A DNA stretch of 64,000 nt. It comes from Anaerovibrio sp. (lineage in GTDB: Bacteria; Bacillota; Negativicutes; Selenomonadales; Selenomonadaceae). Numbering within the stretch: the stretch's first letter is position 1; each line of letters opens with the position of its first letter. A program made the translations under genes and the position numbers. The notes under the pieces were generated by a model. It had not been told where the DNA came from, ran no database searches, and saw nothing but the letters and a program-made list of their open reading frames with translations. The stretch lies in NCBI RefSeq assembly GCF_045637405.1, contig NZ_JAZTZI010000124.1, forward strand, positions 1,644 through 65,643. Direction: 5' to 3'. Shown piece after piece: positions 1 to 6,385 of the stretch.

Positions 1-1095
1 CAATATTACATTTCCGGTGAGCCGGATAAAGCACAAAAGGCCCATGCCTGGAAAACTGCCATTGGCCTGCAGAAGGTAGATAATCTCCGAACATCAGAGT
101 ATTTATTAAAAACAGCCAAGGATAATATTGAAGGTCGTATAAATATTGCTGAGGCCAAGCAGCTTATAGATAGTTACTACAAGCAGGACAGAGTCAAGGG
201 AGTACAGAAACGGACAGAGGAAGCGGACAAGGTCGCGGCAAGAATAACGGAAATTCTTGGGGAAGAATCCTTCGTTTTTTCTCCTGCCCAGTATATTTCC
301 ATTCATCAGCGGTTATTTACAGGAGTGTATTCCCATGCCGGGAAAATTCGTGATTACAACATAACTAAAAAAGAATGGGTACTAAATGGTGCTTCGGTAA
401 CTCATGGAGGAGCCTTGGAATTAAATGCAATTTTGGATTATGATTTTCGCACCGAGAAGGAATTTAGCTATAAAGGCTTGTCCATGAGCGAAATAGTAAA
501 TCATCTGGCCAAATTCATATCCCAGTTGTGGCAGATCCATATATTTGGTGAAGGCAATACCAAGACAACAGCAGTTTTCCTCATAAAATATCTGCGTAGC
601 TTGGGCTTTAATGTTACCAATGACTTATTTGCAGATAATTCATGGTACTTCCGTAATGCTTTGGTGCGGGCCAACTACAGCAATTTACAAAATGGAGTAC
701 ATGAAACACCTACCTTTTTGGAAAAATTCCTTAGAAATTTGCTGATGGGTGAGGACAATGAGCTGAAAAATCGGTATTTGCATATTGATTGGCAGGCAGA
801 AACGGCACATTCACCATCAAAACAGGACATTCAACAGGACATTGATGGGAAAAACAGGATATTGTCTTTGCTGGATGAGGCAAAATGTACTGTCAAGACA
901 AGGAACAACATTATGAGCCTATATGATATCTTTGGTAAAGAAAGAATATTTGGCCGTACTGAGGTGGTAAACACCTTGACAATAACGCCAAGCCCTGCTT
1001 CCGTCTTGCTAAAGAAAATGTTGAAGCTGGGTATTATTGAAAATGTTCGTGGTCTTCGCAAAGGGAAATATCGGTTTGTGGTACGGGAAGCGTAA
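1..1095 (+). CDS. Fic/DOC (Fido) family protein; 5' end lies outside the window; winged-helix-like C-terminal tail
   Basis: Frame 1 is open from base 1 and runs into the listed 325..1095 ORF (QYYISGEPDKAQKAHAWKTAIGL...). A Fic-type loop HIFGEGNTKTTA is encoded at 538..573. The tail ...LKKMLKLGIIENVRGLRKGKYRFV looks like a wHTH. Confidence 0.8.
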   Translation, partial: QYYISGEPDKAQKAHAWKTAIGLQKVDNLRTSEYLLKTAKDNIEGRINIAEAKQLIDSYYKQDRVKGVQKRTEEADKVAARITEILGEESFVFSPAQYISIHQRLFTGVYSHAGKIRDYNITKKEWVLNGASVTHGGALELNAILDYDFRTEKEFSYKGLSMSEIVNHLAKFISQLWQIHIFGEGNTKTTAVFLIKYLRSLGFNVTNDLFADNSWYFRNALVRANYSNLQNGVHETPTFLEKFLRNLLMGEDNELKNRYLHIDWQAETAHSPSKQDIQQDIDGKNRILSLLDEAKCTVKTRNNIMSLYDIFGKERIFGRTEVVNTLTITPSPASVLLKKMLKLGIIENVRGLRKGKYRFVVREA

Positions 1096-1236
1096 GGGGA
1101 GAAATCGGTGCCACCTTCCGGCCTGGGGAAAAGAGTAATGTTACCCTTGATCTGAACCTCAGCGGTTTTGCCGGTAAGAAGGAAGGACTTACTGGGGGAC
1201 TTTCTGCGGTATTCCATATTTACTACATATATCCGC

Positions 1237-1265
1237 TTGACATGAACATAAAACAGTGGTATATT
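1237..1265 (+). promoter_or_regulatory. sigma-70-type promoter for the riboswitch-symporter transcript
   Basis: TTGACA at 1237..1242, a 17-nt spacer, and TATATT at 1260..1265 preceded by TG at 1257..1258 (extended -10). Confidence 0.55.
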
Positions 1266-1330
1266 ACTCCATGTTAACTACATTAATCCGAAGAAGTCAT
1301 CAGAATGCTATGCAGACTGGTGATGGAGGA

Positions 1331-1420
1331 TACTCTGGAGAATCCCATTAAATTGGGTGCCGAAGGTGCAAGGTTTACATTTTATATGTAAGCTGAATCT
1401 CTCAGGCAAAAAGACAGTGA
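1331..1420 (+). promoter_or_regulatory. glycine riboswitch, single aptamer
   Basis: The conserved glycine-aptamer blocks are present in order: CUCUGGAGAA (1333..1342), GCCGAAGGUGCAA (1359..1371) and CUCUCAGGCAAAAAGAC (1399..1415). Hairpins CCCA/UGGG and GUUUACAU/AUGUAAGC lie between them. The downstream gene is a Na+/alanine-glycine symporter, a classic association. Confidence 0.8.
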
Positions 1421-1482
1421 TAATGAGTAACAGCCAGTAATGTTCTAGAAGTTATATGGCGTTGTTTATTTGATTGTCCTAT

Positions 1483-1518
1483 AGAGTATCTTCTTCGGAG
1501 GATACTCTTTTTATTTTT
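1483..1518 (+). terminator. intrinsic terminator (riboswitch expression platform)
   Basis: An 11-bp stem agagtatcttc / gaggatactct (one G-U pair) with a UUCG loop (1494..1497), followed by tttt-a-ttttt. Confidence 0.8.
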
Positions 1519-1531
1519 GGAGGATATGATT

Positions 1532-2944
1532 ATGGACTTATTGGAAATCGTACAAATGGTTAATACGTATTTATCAGATTACATTCTTTGTATTCTGTTG
1601 ATTGGTTTGGGGCTGTATTATACCATCAGAACCCGTTTCGTTCAGGTTCGCTGCCTGGGCGAAGGCTTTAGACGGTTCTTTGGCAACTTCTCCCTTCATG
1701 GTGATAACGGAAAAAGCGGCATGAGCTCATTTCAGGCATTGGCAACTGCGGTAGCAGCTCAGGTAGGTACCGGTAATGTGGTTGGTGCTTCCGGTGCAAT
1801 TCTCACCGGTGGACCTGGTGCCATTTTCTGGATGTGGATTATTGCCTTCTTCGGGATGGCCACCAACTATGCCGAGGCTGTGTTGGCCCAGGAGACCCGT
1901 GTCGTTAAGGAGGACGGCACAGTTCTCGGTGGACCGGTTTACTATATCCGTCGCGCTTTTCCAGGCTCCTTTGGTAAATTTTTGGCAGCCTTCTTTGCCG
2001 TAGCCATTACCTTGGCACTTGGATTTATGGGCTGCATGGTTCAGTCCAATTCCATCGGTGAGACCAGTGAGGCCGCCTTTGGTATTCCTGCCTGGGGCGT
2101 CGGTATTGTCATCGCTTTATTGGCCGGCTTTGTGTTCATCGGTGGTACCAATCGTATTGCCAGAATTACTGAGAAGCTGGTTCCTATTATGGCAATTTTC
2201 TATCTTATCGGTGGTGCAGTTATTCTCTTGGCAAACATTGATAGAGTTCCGGAGGCTGTTTCCCTTATTTTCTTCTATGCCTTTAATCCTGATGCTATTA
2301 TCGGCGGTAGCTGGGGTATGGCTATCAAGACCGCTATCAGTCAGGGTGTAAAGCGTGGTCTGTTCTCCAATGAAGCTGGTATGGGTTCCACTCCACATGC
2401 ACATGCCTTGGCCAATGTGGAAAAACCACATGATCAGGGTGTGGTAGCTATGGTTGGTGTGTTTATTGATACCTTTGTTGTACTTACTATGACGGCCTTG
2501 GTTGTTGTAACCACCCTGTATACTGGTGATGGCGTATTGGCCGGTGGTGCCGCTGAGGGCGTTTCCAAGACCAATATGGCTCAGTTGGCCTTCGGCAGCC
2601 TGTTTGGTGGCAGCCTGGGCAGTGCCTTTATTGCTGTCAGCCTGTTGTTCTTCGCTTTTTCCACTATTCTTAGCTGGAATCTCTTTGCCAAGATTAATGT
2701 GGAATATCTGATGGGAAAATCCGCTGTTAAGGTATTCTCCCTCATTGCCATTGTGTTTGTATTCCTTGGCTCCTGCCTGTCCAACAATCTGGTGTGGGAG
2801 CTTACGGATATGTTCAATAATCTCATGGTTATTCCGAACTCCCTGGCTCTGTTTGCATTGAGCAGTGTAGTAGTAAGTCATGTGGATACTTCCAACCTTG
2901 AGGAAGATGAAGAAAATGAATATATTGTGCAGACTGAGAATTAA
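1532..2944 (+). CDS. agcS: sodium:alanine(/glycine) symporter family protein (AGCS)
   Basis: Polytopic membrane protein with AGCS-type sequence (SSFQALATAVAAQVGTGNVVGASGAI..., GLFSNEAGMGSTPHAHA). The ORF track starts at a TTG at 1517; the ATG at 1532 sits 8 nt after GGAGG (1519..1523). Confidence 0.9.
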   Translation: MDLLEIVQMVNTYLSDYILCILLIGLGLYYTIRTRFVQVRCLGEGFRRFFGNFSLHGDNGKSGMSSFQALATAVAAQVGTGNVVGASGAILTGGPGAIFWMWIIAFFGMATNYAEAVLAQETRVVKEDGTVLGGPVYYIRRAFPGSFGKFLAAFFAVAITLALGFMGCMVQSNSIGETSEAAFGIPAWGVGIVIALLAGFVFIGGTNRIARITEKLVPIMAIFYLIGGAVILLANIDRVPEAVSLIFFYAFNPDAIIGGSWGMAIKTAISQGVKRGLFSNEAGMGSTPHAHALANVEKPHDQGVVAMVGVFIDTFVVLTMTALVVVTTLYTGDGVLAGGAAEGVSKTNMAQLAFGSLFGGSLGSAFIAVSLLFFAFSTILSWNLFAKINVEYLMGKSAVKVFSLIAIVFVFLGSCLSNNLVWELTDMFNNLMVIPNSLALFALSSVVVSHVDTSNLEEDEENEYIVQTEN

Positions 2945-2955
2945 TTAAGCTTAAA

Positions 2956-3006
2956 TAAAAAAAGCGGTTGTATTCGGTATTTTGTACCGATTACAGCCGC
3001 TTTTTA
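2956..3006. terminator. bidirectional hairpin terminator between convergent genes
   Basis: Long hairpin gcggttgtattcggta / taccgattacagccgc (2964..3000), flanked by an A-run upstream and ttttt downstream. Confidence 0.7.
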
Positions 3007-3027
3007 AGTGTGGTCAATATTCGTATA

Positions 3028-3729
3028 TTATTTATTGCAGAACCGATAGCCGGCCCCCCATACTGTTTCAATATATATAGGGGAGGAGGGATTTGGTTCT
3101 ATCTTTTCCCGAAGGCGGTTAATGTGAACCATTACAGTAGCCGTATCACCCATGGCATCCAGGCCCCATATCTCATCAAAAAGCTTATCCTTGCTGAAAA
3201 CAATGCCCGGATTTTCCGCCATAAACAGGAGCAGCTCAAATTCCTTGTTGGTGAGGGTGATTTCCTGTCCCTTGTGGTAAACCATGTGAGTTTCCGGCTG
3301 TATTTCCAGGTCGCCACGGTGGATAGCCTTCACTTTTGGCGATGAATCGCTGGATAGCTTGGTCAGCCGTTGATAACGGGCCAGATGGGCCTTTACTCTG
3401 GCTACCAGCTCACTGGGACTAAAGGGCTTGCTGACGTAATCATCGGCTCCCAGTCCCAAGGCCCGTATTTTGTCGATATCCTCCTGACGGGCCGACACCA
3501 TTAGTATAGGCAATTCTTTCTCTTTACGCAACTCCCGGCAGATTTGAAAGCCGTCCTGACCAGGTAGCATAACATCCAAAATAAGCAGGTCAAAATCTTC
3601 AACCAAGGCTCTGCTAAGTCCTTTGATACCATCAGCTTCAATATCCACCTGAAAATCGCTGGCTTCCAGATAATCTCTTTCCAGTTCTGCAATTCCAGGA
3701 TCGTCTTCTATAATTAATATGCGCTTCAT
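3028..3729 (-). CDS. OmpR/PhoB-type response regulator
   Basis: REC domain (MKRILIIEDD...LLILDVMLPGQDG) plus a winged-helix Trans_reg_C tail (...IETVWGAGYRF). The ATG at 3729 is preceded by AGGAGG (reverse complement of 3739..3744). Confidence 0.9.
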   Translation of the reverse strand: MKRILIIEDDPGIAELERDYLEASDFQVDIEADGIKGLSRALVEDFDLLILDVMLPGQDGFQICRELRKEKELPILMVSARQEDIDKIRALGLGADDYVSKPFSPSELVARVKAHLARYQRLTKLSSDSSPKVKAIHRGDLEIQPETHMVYHKGQEITLTNKEFELLLFMAENPGIVFSKDKLFDEIWGLDAMGDTATVMVHINRLREKIEPNPSSPIYIETVWGAGYRFCNK

Positions 3730-3766
3730 TTGCTGTTCCTCCTGCAAAATGTTGAATTTGTGTATG

Positions 3767-5332
3767 TTACAGATTATCATTGTTAGTCAGTGGCAATTCA
3801 ATAATAATGCAAAGGCCACCAGATGGATTGGACTCAGCCCGAATTTTTCCCTTCATACCATCAATGATTCGCTTGGTAATGGCCAGTCCCAGACCGCTGC
3901 CCTTGGCCACATTACTACGGGCATGATCGGTGCGATAGAAGCTGTCAAAGAGCTTTGGCAAATCTTCCGCCGGTACTCCCGGGCCATTGTCGGCAAAGGT
4001 GATACGAAGGTTGTTATTACGGGATTCAAGACAAATCTTTATATCTACATCATCCCTATTGGAATATTTACTGCTGTTGCTGATAAGGTTATCTATAACC
4101 CGCTGGAATTGGATTCTGTCAATGGAAACCAGTCCATCTTCTTCCTTCGGTAAATTCATTTCCATGGTGAGATTAATGTTCTTTTCTGTCAGGAGAGGCT
4201 TTTGCTCATTGTAAAAATCGGTAAAATAATTTCGCAGAGCGACTGTTTCCATGGTAAATGGAATTCGTCCCAAATCCAGCTTTGAGAATAAAAACAGGCT
4301 TTCTACCAGCTTTTCCATGGTGAAGGCCCCCTGGAGAATCATTTCCACATAATGCCGCTGCTTTTCCGGTGTCTTGGCAATTCCATCCAGTATACCGCTG
4401 GCATAGCCCTTCATGGAGGTGAGGGGCGTGGACAGGTCGTGAGAAATACCTGCAATCAGCTCCTTGCGGTTTTCCTCGTATTTTTTCTGCTGTTCCCGGG
4501 CCTTTTTTAATTCAAGGCGCATGGCTTCAAAATCCTGGCAGGCTTCTCCAAATTCATCCTGAGCCTGAATTTCCACCGGAGTATCAAGATTGCCTTGCCG
4601 GATTTCTGCCGAAGCCCGCCGGAGGGCTGATAACGGCTCCAGTATTTGACGGGATAACAGGCGGGACAGGTACAGGCCAAGCAATATAATAAAAATTATG
4701 GCAATAATCATTATCCCTGTAAGAATAGAATTCCAGTCATGGCGTGGATTGGGCATAGGTGGCTCACCGCGTTGCAGTAGTGGAGCCGGTCCATATGAAT
4801 AAATTTGTGTTCTTTTATCACTGGATTGGTAATTAAAGAGAAAAATATCGTTGTCCCATAGCATCATAGGGGCCCCATGGCTGCGTTCCGTCACGGTTTG
4901 AATCAGAGTATTGGCATCAATGCCGGGGGATACATATATTGGCGTGTTGTCCCTTGTTACCACACTTTGGATGTTTTCCTTTTCCAAGGCCATGAGGTCA
5001 CGCTCTATATTCTTGTTGAAATTGCCGTTCATCATGCGCTGGCGATGCATTCCCATACCATGACCGTGTCCCTGCCCTTGGCCCTGTGGAACAGCATCAG
5101 GGTTGTAGTGTTCAATTTTTACTTTTATGGCACTGATGGCAAATTGAATGGATGGTGCCGGCCCCTTTTCAGGCCACATGGAATTTACCTTGTCCTGGTC
5201 TGACCCGCCCATCAGCTGCATACCCAAAAACAGGCTGCCGCCGATAATTACCAGCAAACAAAAGGGAATAAAGACCATCATGAAGTTGGCTATAAATAAC
5301 CGCTTACGCAGGGAAATGTCCCGAAGTCGCAT
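3767..5332 (-). CDS. sensor histidine kinase (2 TM, periplasmic loop, HAMP, HisKA, HATPase_c)
   Basis: H-box ISHDLSTPLTS and the N/G boxes (NLISNSSKYS, DNGPGV, GSGLGLAI) are present. The ATG at 5332 is preceded by GGAG 8 nt upstream; the track's 5368 start is a TTG. Confidence 0.9.
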   Translation of the reverse strand: MRLRDISLRKRLFIANFMMVFIPFCLLVIIGGSLFLGMQLMGGSDQDKVNSMWPEKGPAPSIQFAISAIKVKIEHYNPDAVPQGQGQGHGHGMGMHRQRMMNGNFNKNIERDLMALEKENIQSVVTRDNTPIYVSPGIDANTLIQTVTERSHGAPMMLWDNDIFLFNYQSSDKRTQIYSYGPAPLLQRGEPPMPNPRHDWNSILTGIMIIAIIFIILLGLYLSRLLSRQILEPLSALRRASAEIRQGNLDTPVEIQAQDEFGEACQDFEAMRLELKKAREQQKKYEENRKELIAGISHDLSTPLTSMKGYASGILDGIAKTPEKQRHYVEMILQGAFTMEKLVESLFLFSKLDLGRIPFTMETVALRNYFTDFYNEQKPLLTEKNINLTMEMNLPKEEDGLVSIDRIQFQRVIDNLISNSSKYSNRDDVDIKICLESRNNNLRITFADNGPGVPAEDLPKLFDSFYRTDHARSNVAKGSGLGLAITKRIIDGMKGKIRAESNPSGGLCIIIELPLTNNDNL

Positions 5333-5553
5333 AATAATTGCTCCTTTTTTATCTGATGATTTTCTCAATAAAGCTTTTTTATATAGTGTTAAGTATACGT
5401 CATAATTCTAACAAAAATCTAAACGGGAAAAAATGATATGTATCAAAATATTTATATGCAGTTTATGTTTTGTTTAGAATATAGTTTTATACTTCAGGTG
5501 TACCCAATAAGGGAACAATGAAAAGAGAAAAGTGGTTCAAGGAGGAATTTATT

Positions 5554-6255
5554 ATGGATAACAAAATTATTTCAAGTGGTACAATGAAGAAGGCCGGTGT
5601 GGCCATGGTGGCCTGTGTCGTAGCATTAGGTGGGTTAGGCTGGTACGGTCATCAGCAGAAGCTGGTGGAGTTCCATAACGTTGTTCAGGCCAACAGCAAA
5701 ATTGTGGAAACAAGGCTGAATGAAAACAATATCGAAGTAATCAGTGAGTCACAGGCTAAGGAAGCCGCTGCCCAGGCTATGGGGGTGGATGCCTCCGGTA
5801 TTACCTGGAAGGAAATCTTCCTTTGTGACGGACCAACAAATCACTATATGGGAATGGGTCATCGGTTTAACGGACATCGTGGCCCGGGGCGCAATGGTGC
5901 TGGTCCGTACTGTAATGGTTGGGATGAAAACCGTAATCAGGATAATAATGGACAAAATAACAATAAAGATAATTATGACGGTCACTGGGGGTCAGGCTAT
6001 GGACACCGTTATCGTGGTGGCGGATGGCAGGGCAGTTTCCAGCCTGATAATCAGGTAAATAATACTGATAATAAAGCTCAGGCAGCCGAACAGGATAAAA
6101 AAACAAATGGTGAACGGCCAAAAATTGAATTTCATCCAATGTATTCTGTAATCTGCGAGGCGAACGATGTTAACTATATGGTCCATGTAGATGCAGTAAC
6201 GGGTAAGGTGTTAAATTGCCGGGCCTTTGGTAACGGATGGTTCCATCATAGATAA
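5554..6255 (+). CDS. membrane-anchored PepSY-like protein with a His/Gly/Asn-rich insertion
   Basis: N-terminal TM segment (AGVAMVACVVALGGLGWY). PepSY-like halves ISESQAKEAAAQAMGVDASGITWKEI and FHPMYSVICEANDVNYMVHVDAVTGKVLN are split by about 100 low-complexity residues. The ATG at 5554 follows AAGGAGGA. Confidence 0.6.
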   Translation: MDNKIISSGTMKKAGVAMVACVVALGGLGWYGHQQKLVEFHNVVQANSKIVETRLNENNIEVISESQAKEAAAQAMGVDASGITWKEIFLCDGPTNHYMGMGHRFNGHRGPGRNGAGPYCNGWDENRNQDNNGQNNNKDNYDGHWGSGYGHRYRGGGWQGSFQPDNQVNNTDNKAQAAEQDKKTNGERPKIEFHPMYSVICEANDVNYMVHVDAVTGKVLNCRAFGNGWFHHR

Positions 6256-6283
6256 GCTGTTTCATAGGATAAAAGACAAATAT

Positions 6284-6320
6284 ATCAGAGGGAGTGAGAT
6301 GCTTCCTCTGATTTTATTTT
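6284..6320 (+). terminator. intrinsic terminator
   Basis: A 10-bp stem atcagaggga / ttcctctgat (one G-U pair) followed by tttatttt. Confidence 0.65.
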
Positions 6321-6385
6321 TACAAACACTTGTTTTTATCCTGCTGTTTATTTACAATAATATATAGTTTAAGAAACATTGGCAA

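Noticed and set aside
831-1217. 128-aa minus-strand ORF overlapping the 3' end of the Fic gene.
   Set aside because: Mostly antisense to a well-supported CDS. No RBS and no recognisable family. The non-overlapping part (1096..1217) is too short to judge.
1261-1330. Possible first aptamer of a tandem glycine riboswitch (ccgaagaagtcat ... cagactgg).
   Set aside because: Only loose resemblance to the CCGAAGGGGCAA and CUCAGGCAAAAGGAC blocks, and no GGAGAG start. I treat it as leader or a degenerate remnant, not a second aptamer.
1776-2881. Several ORFs (1776..2003, 2019..2351, 2117..2881-, 2526..2711, 2581..2826-) inside the symporter gene.
   Set aside because: These are alternative-frame or antisense shadows of a strongly supported membrane-protein CDS, with Pro/Arg/Ser-rich nonsense composition.
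5406-5486. Imperfect inverted repeat ttctaacaaaa ... ttttgtttagaa in the kinase/PepSY divergent promoter region as a response-regulator operator.
   Set aside because: The DNA is A/T-rich, where such matches arise easily, and OmpR-family regulators usually bind direct repeats. Noted, but not supportable from sequence alone.
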